64,000 nt of DNA from Chloroflexota bacterium (lineage in GTDB: Bacteria > Chloroflexota > UBA11872), in NCBI GenBank assembly GCA_965208215.1, contig CBDBOH010000003.1, positions 1,761,259 through 1,825,258 on the forward strand, given 5' to 3'. The translations under genes were made by a program, and so were the position numbers. Below the pieces are notes generated by a model. It was not told where the DNA came from. It did not search any database and was given only the letters and a program-made list of their open reading frames with translations. Below, piece by piece: positions 22,535 through 30,202 of this stretch; the stretch's first letter is position 1; each line of letters starts with the position of its first letter.

Positions 22535-23491
22535 ATGCGCGAGATGATATTAAATCACGCAAGTCTTGATGCGCCAAATAAGAGAGCTGCACTTGGTTGG
22601 TTGAAAGGCATGGCTGCTGGCATGTCCGCACTTTTGTGTGAGAAAGTAGTCTCAAGCCACCTTCGAATGCAAGAGTCTCAAGACGAGATACACTGCCTAC
22701 CTAACTGGACGCTGGCGGAAGCTTATCGAGAACTTCGGCACGAAGGGGCAAGGGACGAGTATCTGTTTCTGGTGAGACTGAGCTCCAAAGTCCCACTCTT
22801 GAGCGATGTTAGTGAGAAGGTTATTAGCCGTTTTCGTGGTTGTGAGGACAGAACTCTACCCGCAGGGACAGGAGATCCACTTGTCTTGTGCGCCATAACT
22901 GATGGAGTGGCGGTAGGGTTTCCGTCAGATTCGACATGGGTTCGCGATGAATTGACTGTCACATTTGATGAGCTGCTCTACGATGGTGAGATTGAGACGG
23001 CAGTAGAGTCCATTGATAATCTGACTAGAGAGTGTCATGCTTGCTCAATCTGCGCAAGACACCGTCAGAATGTACGGCACAAAATAGGCAGTCCAACAGA
23101 TTTGTGGCAGAGCAGGGAGTCTGCCTTTCCCAACCTGCTATTCTCGTCCGACGTGGAGACTCAATTGAATAGTTTGCAGCTGTCGCTACTACAGATTGTT
23201 GTTAAGAGACTGATTGGTTTGGACGAGTCTGTCGGTGAATGGCGGAGGCAGCGGACTGCTATGCCGCGGTGGCGTTCAAAGATAACGTCTGAGAGCAGGT
23301 CGGTGGTGGTAGATAATTCGCTTCGTTCAGCTCGTCGATTTCGGTCAATTGGAGGTAACTTTGAGCTTTTTATGTGGCACGCAAGATATGGAAGCGCAGG
23401 CAGAATTCACTTTCGTGTGGATGGAAGTAGATTTGAGATAGAGATCGGCTATATTGGCAACAAGCTACCGACGGCCAAGTTTCGAACCTGA
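22535..23491 (+). CDS. Hypothetical effector with a putative C-terminal RelE-like domain; Menshen NsnC-like
   Basis: Third gene of a tight AT-richer operon; C-terminal TSES...FMWHARYGSAGRIHF...IEIGYIGNKLPT. Confidence 0.7.
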   Translation: MREMILNHASLDAPNKRAALGWLKGMAAGMSALLCEKVVSSHLRMQESQDEIHCLPNWTLAEAYRELRHEGARDEYLFLVRLSSKVPLLSDVSEKVISRFRGCEDRTLPAGTGDPLVLCAITDGVAVGFPSDSTWVRDELTVTFDELLYDGEIETAVESIDNLTRECHACSICARHRQNVRHKIGSPTDLWQSRESAFPNLLFSSDVETQLNSLQLSLLQIVVKRLIGLDESVGEWRRQRTAMPRWRSKITSESRSVVVDNSLRSARRFRSIGGNFELFMWHARYGSAGRIHFRVDGSRFEIEIGYIGNKLPTAKFRT

Positions 23492-23785
23492 CTAGAGCAT
23501 ATTGGTTGCAAGAGTCTTTCGTATCGGCGGCTTGTGGCGTTGAGTTAGTCAGTTGGTTATCTTGCCGACAACCTGACGATTACGTCAATCGCAACGGGTA
23601 TATTCTTGAAGCATTCCGCCAACTCGACCAGTATCGACGCCGGCACGATTCAGCGATCCGGCTCATTCTGTGCTCGCAACTGTCCGGCCAGCACATACCC
23701 GCGTCTTTGCGAGATGTTGGCGAGCAGAGATTCCAGCAAGGTAATAGGACGTTCGTGACAGACGGCGAGATCGATATGGCGCTGG

Positions 23786-25540
23786 CTATGGTCGCGGGTC
23801 GGCCGCTTCGATCCACTCGTCCGCGGCGCCGGTCAGTCCGGCGGATTCGGAGGCGGCCAGGGCGCGTCCGATCTCGGTGCGGATGGCCGGCGCGTCGAGG
23901 CCGAGCGACCTGAGCACGCGGGCCGACATCTCGGTGCCGCCCTCAAGCTCTTCGCAGACGACGTGGCTGGCGCCGAGCGCGAGAAGACCTTCCCGCTCCG
24001 CGACGTGTCGCGTTCGGGTGAGGATCGGAACGTCCGGCGATTCCGCTCGCGCCGCGGCTATCGCTCGGCGCACCGCGGGCGGGTCGTTGATAAGCACGGC
24101 CAGCACCCGGGCCTGACCGAGGTGTGCGTGGGCTAGCGCCTCCGGGCTGGTGACGTCGCCGTAATAGACGTGCGCCCGCTCTTCCCGCGCGGCCCGCACG
24201 GTCTCGGTGTTGAGCTCCAGCACCAGGTAGGGAATCCCGGCCTGCTCCAGTGTGCGCGCCAGCAGCCGCCCGGCTACCCCGTAGCCGGCGATGACGACGT
24301 GGTCGCTGAGGTTGGCGTCCTGCGCCGTCGGCTCGTCGATGCCGCGGGCGCGCAGCAGGCGTTCCAGCGGTCGCAGCAGCGCCTCGCCGGCGCGCAGCCC
24401 GCCGGTCCAGTGCATCAGCAGCCGCGAGATGAGGATGCTCACGACCCCGGTGGTGACGACGAGGCTCAACTCGGACGACGTGATGAGGCCTTCGCTGACG
24501 CCGAGCAGCAGCACGACGTAGCCAAACTCGCCGAACTGGGCCAGGTACAGCCCGGACCGCCAGGCCACGCTGGCCGGATTGCGCATCGCCAGGGCGGCCA
24601 GCGAGGCCACCAGGGCCTTGCCGAAGACCAGGCCCAGGACGATCAGCACGGCCAGGAGCGGCGTGTCCACGAAGACCCGCCAGTCGAAGATCATCCCCAG
24701 CGAGATGAAGAAGAAGCTGGTAAAGGCGTCGCGCAGCGGGATGATGTCGCTGGTGGCGCGGTGGCTGTAGTCGGTGTCGGCGAGCAGCATGCCCGCCAGG
24801 AACGCGCCCAGCGCCACCGAGAGCCCCAGCTGGCTCATCAGCCAGGCCGAGCCGAGCGCGATGGAGATCACCGTCAGCAGAAACACCTCGCGCGTGCGGG
24901 TGGCGTCCACCAACCGAAAGATGCGCGGGATGACGAAACGCGCGACCAGCAGCAGGGCGCCCACGGCCAGGGTGGCGCGCAGCAGCGCCCAGCCGGCCTC
25001 CAGGACCACGCCGCCGCCGCCACTGCCGCTGGCCAGTACCGGCACCAGCAGCGTCAACGGGATCACCAGCAGGTCCTGGAAGATCAGCGCGCCCACGATG
25101 AAGCGTCCGTGCGGGGCGTCCAGTTCCGCCCGGACCGTCAGCACGCGCAGGACCACCACGGTGCTGGACAGCGCCACGGCCAGTCCAAAGACGACGCCGC
25201 GCTCCAGCGACTGGCCCGCGATCAGCAGGATCGCCAGGGTGACGGCGGTGGTGATGCCGACCTGCAGCGAGCCGCCAAACGCCACGGCTTTCCAGATGTA
25301 GCGCAGGCGCGAGGTCGAGAACTCCAGGCCGATCGCGAAGAGCAGCAGGATCACGCCGATCTCGGCGATCTGCTCGATCCGGTGCGCGTCGCTTACCAGC
25401 CCCAAGCCGTAGGGTCCGGCGATCGCGCCGGTGATCAGAAATCCGGCCGTCGCGGGAAGTCCCAGGCGGTGCAGGCCCAGCGTTGTCGCAACGGCCAGCC
25501 CGCCGATCACCGCGAGTTCGCCGAACAGATCTTGTTCCAG
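23786..25540 (-). CDS. CPA2 cation:proton antiporter (Kef-like) with a TrkA-N domain
   Basis: AEIGVILLLFAIGLEFS, LIFQDL, LGAFLAG, LAQFGEFGYV, VIAGYGVAG, YYGDVT. The start is either GTG 25510 or CTG 25540 (GGAG upstream). Confidence 0.9.
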   Translation of the reverse strand: MEQDLFGELAVIGGLAVATTLGLHRLGLPATAGFLITGAIAGPYGLGLVSDAHRIEQIAEIGVILLLFAIGLEFSTSRLRYIWKAVAFGGSLQVGITTAVTLAILLIAGQSLERGVVFGLAVALSSTVVVLRVLTVRAELDAPHGRFIVGALIFQDLLVIPLTLLVPVLASGSGGGGVVLEAGWALLRATLAVGALLLVARFVIPRIFRLVDATRTREVFLLTVISIALGSAWLMSQLGLSVALGAFLAGMLLADTDYSHRATSDIIPLRDAFTSFFFISLGMIFDWRVFVDTPLLAVLIVLGLVFGKALVASLAALAMRNPASVAWRSGLYLAQFGEFGYVVLLLGVSEGLITSSELSLVVTTGVVSILISRLLMHWTGGLRAGEALLRPLERLLRARGIDEPTAQDANLSDHVVIAGYGVAGRLLARTLEQAGIPYLVLELNTETVRAAREERAHVYYGDVTSPEALAHAHLGQARVLAVLINDPPAVRRAIAAARAESPDVPILTRTRHVAEREGLLALGASHVVCEELEGGTEMSARVLRSLGLDAPAIRTEIGRALAASESAGLTGAADEWIEAADPRP

Positions 25541-25760
25541 GACGCTCGCTCCCAGCCGACGCCGTGCCAGATCCCAATCCTCGGTGCGAGTCTATGGCGG
25601 CCCGCGCCAAACGCCATGTGCCGCCTGACTCGATGGAGAGGCACGCTCGCTTTGCTCGCCAGGCGCTATCCGATGGGACGCCGAGGCGACCGGCGGCGCT
25701 CGTTGCAGGTGCGCCCGAAGCCGCGCAGCCCATTCGGAACAGCTCCGCCGATGCGTCCGG

Positions 25761-26996
25761 TCAGCGAGCGGTGGCGCCCGCTTTTTTTGGCACTCGCCGG
25801 CAACTCAACCGGAGCACCACGTAGGCGGCCGCCGCGGATGCCAGCGAGCCGGCAAGGATGCCCAGCCGGTCGCCGGCAAAGTAGTCGCCGCTGCCGTGCT
25901 CGAACGCGAGTCCCGCAATGAACAGGCTCATGGTGAAGCCGATTCCGCAGGCAAAGGCCACGCCGGCAATCTGCGTCCAGGTGACGCCGCGCGGCAGGGT
26001 TGCCAGGCCAAGGACGGCGGCAATGGCCACAAAGCCAAGAATGCCGATCGGCTTGCCCAGGAAGAGGCCCGCGGCTACGCCCACCGTTACGGGATGCAGG
26101 AGCTCGTCCGGGCCAATGCCGGATAGCGCGAGCCCGGCGTTCACAAAGGCGAAGACAGGCAGGATCACGAACGCCACGGGCGTGTGCAGATCGTGCTCCA
26201 GCTTTCGCAACGGCGATTCGCCTTGCGGGTCACGCATGGGAATGCAAAAGGCGATCAAGACGCCGGCCAACGTGGCGTGCACCCCCGACTTCAACACGGC
26301 GACCCACAGGACAATCCCGACGAGAAGGTAGGTCGACACCCGAGTCACGCCCAGCCTGTTGAACACGACCCCGGCCGCCAGCGCGGCCGCGCCGATCAGG
26401 AGCGCCGGAACAGCCAGGTCACCCGAGTAGAACATGGCGATGATCACGATTGCCGCCAGGTCGTCGAAGATGGCTAGGGTGAGCAGAAAGGTCTTGAGCG
26501 GCGTCGGGATCCGGCGGCCGAAGACGCTCAACAGCCCCAAGGCGAAGGCGATGTCGGTGGCGACCGGGATTCCCCAGCCGTCCAGCGCGATGGGGTCCTG
26601 CCAGTTCAGGGCAAGGTAGATCGCCGCCGGCACCAGCATGCCGCCCAGCGCGCCGAATCCGGGTAGGGCAATGGCCCGCACAGACGAGAGCTCGCCTTCG
26701 AGGATCTCGCGCTTGACCTCCAGGCCGATGACGAAGAAGAAGAGGGCCATCAGGCCGTCGTTGACCCACAGCAGCAGCGGCTTGTTGATGACCAGGTCCG
26801 CGACTTGCACCGCCACGACGGTGTCCAGCAACGAGGCATAGACGCCTGATAGCGGTGAATTGGCCGCGATCATGGCCGCCACCGCAGCCCCGAACAGCAG
26901 GATCCCGCCGGCCGACTCCAGCTTGATGAAATCGCGGATCGTGAAGGCCGGCCCGCCCGGCGTGGCGTTCGATTCCGCGGATGCGTGGACTGTCAA
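25761..26996 (-). CDS. nhaA: Na+/H+ antiporter NhaA
   Basis: ESAGGILL, WVNDGLMALFFFVIGLEVKRE, GWGIPVATDIAF, LAIFDD, SGVHATLAG, GIGFTMSLFI. Start placed at TTG 26996; the ORF track uses 27083. Confidence 0.95.
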   Translation of the reverse strand: MTVHASAESNATPGGPAFTIRDFIKLESAGGILLFGAAVAAMIAANSPLSGVYASLLDTVVAVQVADLVINKPLLLWVNDGLMALFFFVIGLEVKREILEGELSSVRAIALPGFGALGGMLVPAAIYLALNWQDPIALDGWGIPVATDIAFALGLLSVFGRRIPTPLKTFLLTLAIFDDLAAIVIIAMFYSGDLAVPALLIGAAALAAGVVFNRLGVTRVSTYLLVGIVLWVAVLKSGVHATLAGVLIAFCIPMRDPQGESPLRKLEHDLHTPVAFVILPVFAFVNAGLALSGIGPDELLHPVTVGVAAGLFLGKPIGILGFVAIAAVLGLATLPRGVTWTQIAGVAFACGIGFTMSLFIAGLAFEHGSGDYFAGDRLGILAGSLASAAAAYVVLRLSCRRVPKKAGATAR

Positions 26997-27056
26997 GAAG
27001 TGACCCTGCGCTACTCCCGTCCCAAGCGAGCTTAGCCTCCGGCGATTCGCGCGGCC

Positions 27057-27101
27057 CGGCCCGACTTCCGGGCGCTTGACCATGGCGACTGATCAGCACC
27101 C
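27057..27101 (-). ncRNA. Candidate nhaA-I-like cation riboswitch
   Basis: GGGUGCU-GAUCA-GUCGCCA-UGGUC-A-AGCGCCC hairpin followed by GGAAGUCGGGCCG, about 60 nt upstream of nhaA. The match to the motif consensus is from memory. Confidence 0.45.
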
Positions 27102-27317
27102 GGCGTGCGGGGCCGCTCCGCCCGCTGTGCTGGGACGCCACATCGCTGCATTTGGACGGTTATCGTCGCTTGTGCGTGAACCCGCGCCGGCCATACGAGA
27201 CCCTTGCGTAACCCGAGTCTTGTGTGGCCTGCGGAGAGACTTGCGCGGCGCCCGCTTGTCACAATTGGCCTGCCTTTCGGCGTGCGAGTGGCGTGAGACA
27301 GAGAGCGCAAAAAAGCG

Positions 27318-27923
27318 ATGGCTGGTTGGTATGGGTTTGCGAGATCCCAGAACGCGGAGCCGCCTGAGGACCCGGCGTACAGCCGCGTAACCAACCCCGA
27401 GCGCTTTCGACCGTTGCATGCGGCCATGCTGGAGATTGTCGAGCGGCTGGAGACCGACTTCGATGTCGAGCGCACCGAGGGGTACGGTCTGGAATCGGAA
27501 CTGGAGCGCGGACTCGAGCCTGCACGTCCGCATGTGCGGCTCATGCCCAGGGATCCCGAGGCCGCCCCAATTGCCGTGGTGTTCTCCACGTTTCCGGGAC
27601 TCAACGTGCGGTTTGGGCGTTGGTTCAGCGAACCGTTTCCGAGCTGTGGCTGCGACGCGTGCGATGAGTCAGCAGAAAGCGAGATCGAACGACTCAACGA
27701 GGTGGTCGACGACGTCGTCGCCGGGAGGTTCCGCGAGGCGATCCGACGTCCCCTGATTTCCTTCCGGGGGACTGGCTGGAGGGAAACGAGGTTCTGGTCG
27801 TCTGACGGGAGACGCACAAACAGATCCCGCGTTGACGGATTGCGCGCGCGTGAGATGACCGGTGGTCGTCGTCGACTGGACCTGAACTGGAAGCCGTGGC
27901 GCCGGAGACGGACCATCAGCTAG
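27318..27923 (+). CDS. DUF6226-like protein
   Basis: AYSRVTNPERFRPLH; FPSCGCDACDES. Confidence 0.7.
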   Translation: MAGWYGFARSQNAEPPEDPAYSRVTNPERFRPLHAAMLEIVERLETDFDVERTEGYGLESELERGLEPARPHVRLMPRDPEAAPIAVVFSTFPGLNVRFGRWFSEPFPSCGCDACDESAESEIERLNEVVDDVVAGRFREAIRRPLISFRGTGWRETRFWSSDGRRTNRSRVDGLRAREMTGGRRRLDLNWKPWRRRRTIS

Positions 27924-27980
27924 CGTTTCGCCTGCGGCCACGCGCCACGCGAGCCTTCGAGTCTCACGAGGCCCGGCGAA

Positions 27981-28709
27981 ATGGAGAGCTTCAGCGTGGA
28001 CTCTCCCGACCGAAAGTTTGCAGCACAGTCCGTCGTGAGTACGCCTGAGCTTCAGTTGCGGACGTTGTTTGTGTTGGATGGGGCGAGGCGGATTGTCGGG
28101 ACGCGGGAGGCAGTGCCTGGGTTAGGGCCGTTGTTCTCGCTGATTCGGGATTGGGAAAGTTGCGCGTGGGCGGTGCGGGCGGATGTGGCTCGGGATGTAG
28201 CGGATGAACTGGATGGGCTGGCCGGGAAGGAGCCGCCGGTGGCGGATTTGCGGCAGGTGCCGGTGTATGCGGAGCGGTACAAGTCCCTGCTGGAAGGTCG
28301 AGTGGATTCAGGGCCTTCGTTCGCGTTCCCAGAGACGATCACCCGGCCTGCTGGCGTTGTTGTGATTGAGGACATTGACGTTCTTTCCCGATATTTTTCG
28401 GGGTGGGCGGCGAGTGAGATTCCGGGGTGCGCGCCGATTGTCGGGGTGCTTGAGGGCGGATATGCGGTGAGTGTCTGTTTTAGCGCGCGGCGCTCCGATG
28501 AAGCGGCAGAAGCGGGGGTTGAGACGGCGGTGGATTGGCGGGGGCGTGGGCTGGCGCCGCGGGTTACGGCTGCATGGGCATCGGCGGTTCGAGGGTCGGG
28601 GCGGATACCGCTGTACAGCACGTCGTGGTCGAACGGGGCGTCGTTGGCGGTGGCGCGGAAGTTGGGGTTGGTGGGGTTTGGGTGTGTGTGGAGTGCTTGG
28701 GCGCCGTAA
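27981..28709 (+). CDS. GNAT-family acetyltransferase
   Basis: EAGVETAVDWRGRGLA, PLYSTSWSNGASLAVARKLG. Confidence 0.85.
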   Translation: MESFSVDSPDRKFAAQSVVSTPELQLRTLFVLDGARRIVGTREAVPGLGPLFSLIRDWESCAWAVRADVARDVADELDGLAGKEPPVADLRQVPVYAERYKSLLEGRVDSGPSFAFPETITRPAGVVVIEDIDVLSRYFSGWAASEIPGCAPIVGVLEGGYAVSVCFSARRSDEAAEAGVETAVDWRGRGLAPRVTAAWASAVRGSGRIPLYSTSWSNGASLAVARKLGLVGFGCVWSAWAP

Positions 28710-29440
28710 TGGTCGATCGTCTGTTTGCGGAGCCCAGTCTGGCGGAGTTGTATGACGCGTTTTGCGTGGGGAGGCGGGACTTTGGGTTTTACCTTCCGTT
28801 GGTGATGTCAGCGAGAAGCGTGCTGGATGTGGGATGCGGTACGGGTGCGCTGCTGCACCTAGCGCGTGAAGCGGGACACACCGGACGGCTGTGCGGGCTC
28901 GATCCCGCCGCGGCGATGCTTGGGCAGGCGCGGAAGCGTCCGGATATCGAGTGGGTGCTGGGCGACCTGGCCTCGGTCGAGTGGTGTCGCGAGTTTCACC
29001 TCGTCGTGATGACTGGTCATGCATTTCAAGTGTTGCTCGACGACGACGAACTGCGAGCGTCGCTGGCTGCAATACGGTCGTCTCTTAGCGACGATGGGCT
29101 CTTCGCGTTCGAGACTCGCAATCCGCTGGCTCGGGCGTGGGAGACCTGGACTCCCGACCATGCGGTGGAGGTTGTGCACGAAGGCCGCGTCGTCCGAATG
29201 GCGCATCAAGTGGAGACGCCGATTCGCGGCGACCGTGTCTCGTTCACCATTACGTTCACAAGCCCAGCCTGGGACCAGCCGCAGGTCAGTCGAAGTACGC
29301 TGAGATTCACTAGTGCTGACTCGCTATCCTCATTTCTTTCGGGTGCGGGCCTGGCAATCCACGAGCAGTTTGGGGACTGGGACCAGAGCGTACTGCGAGA
29401 TTCGAGTCCTGAGATCATCACAGTGGCAGGTCGGGCCTGA
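28709..29440 (+). CDS. Class I SAM-dependent methyltransferase
   Basis: ATG 28709 (TAATG overlap); VLDVGCGTG, GLDPAAAML, MTGHAFQV, FETRNP. Confidence 0.9.
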   Translation: MVDRLFAEPSLAELYDAFCVGRRDFGFYLPLVMSARSVLDVGCGTGALLHLAREAGHTGRLCGLDPAAAMLGQARKRPDIEWVLGDLASVEWCREFHLVVMTGHAFQVLLDDDELRASLAAIRSSLSDDGLFAFETRNPLARAWETWTPDHAVEVVHEGRVVRMAHQVETPIRGDRVSFTITFTSPAWDQPQVSRSTLRFTSADSLSSFLSGAGLAIHEQFGDWDQSVLRDSSPEIITVAGRA

Positions 29441-29451
29441 CCGGGGATTCG

Positions 29452-30132
29452 ATGCACTGGAAGCCAGGCGATCAGATCGTTCTCTATGAGATGTGGGGGC
29501 GCGGCATCGGAGGCGTCCGGCCCGTGACTGTGGTTGAGGACGTGCCGGCTCACCTGGCGCTGTACTCGCACCCGGGCGTGACGATTGCCACGCGAGGCAA
29601 CGCGCATTTCAGGTCTCTGAGCTTCTCGGACCGGATTGACCTGATGATCCGGGGGGTTGACCCGAACCTGGGAGAGTTCAGAGACGTCGTCACGCCGTTG
29701 CATAGCCATGTGCTGACGCTCACTCCTCCTGAGTCCGGGCATGCGGTGTGGCTGTTCTGGTCTTCGGATTGGGAGTTCAAGCGCTGGTACGTGAATCTGC
29801 AGTCGCCGCTGCGTCGAGTGCGTCACGGTGTTCAGCTTCACGACTATGTGCTGGACATTGTCGTGAGCCCGGATATGTCGTGGGCCTGGAAGGACACGGA
29901 CGAGTTTGAGGCGTTGATCGCCCACGGGTTCTTCAGTGCAGAGCAGGCAGCGTCGATACGAGACGAGGCGGCGCGGGTGGTGCGCACCATCGAGAGCGGT
30001 GGCCGACCGTTTTGCGACGGCTGGCCGGACTGGCGGCCGGATGCGAGTTGGGCTGTCCCGCGGCTACCGGACGACTGGTTTGATGTGGATGGCGGAGAGG
30101 CGGCACGAGGGACTAACACTGGGAAGCCATAG
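29452..30132 (+). CDS. DUF402 domain protein
   Basis: RWYVNLQSP, DYVLDIVVSPD, WKDTDEF. Confidence 0.85.
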   Translation: MHWKPGDQIVLYEMWGRGIGGVRPVTVVEDVPAHLALYSHPGVTIATRGNAHFRSLSFSDRIDLMIRGVDPNLGEFRDVVTPLHSHVLTLTPPESGHAVWLFWSSDWEFKRWYVNLQSPLRRVRHGVQLHDYVLDIVVSPDMSWAWKDTDEFEALIAHGFFSAEQAASIRDEAARVVRTIESGGRPFCDGWPDWRPDASWAVPRLPDDWFDVDGGEAARGTNTGKP

Positions 30133-30202
30133 GGTGGCTCGTCCTGTGAGCGAAGGGCTGGGCCAGGACCTGTTCGGTGTAGGCAGTGGAATGAGGCGCC
30201 AG

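Noticed and set aside
23506-23913. 135-aa ORF after the Menshen-like operon as a fourth gene
   Set aside because: Overlaps the antiporter 3' end, has no clear RBS or motif, and ends in low-complexity Arg runs. It is possibly a remnant.
23943-25921. 583- and 596-aa ORFs overlapping the CPA2 antiporter
   Set aside because: Arg/Ala/Gly-rich shadow frames of a clear transporter gene.
27010-27022. GGGAGUAGC resembling the yybP-ykoY riboswitch 5' motif
   Set aside because: Only about 15-20 nt from the nhaA start, with no room for the rest of the fold.
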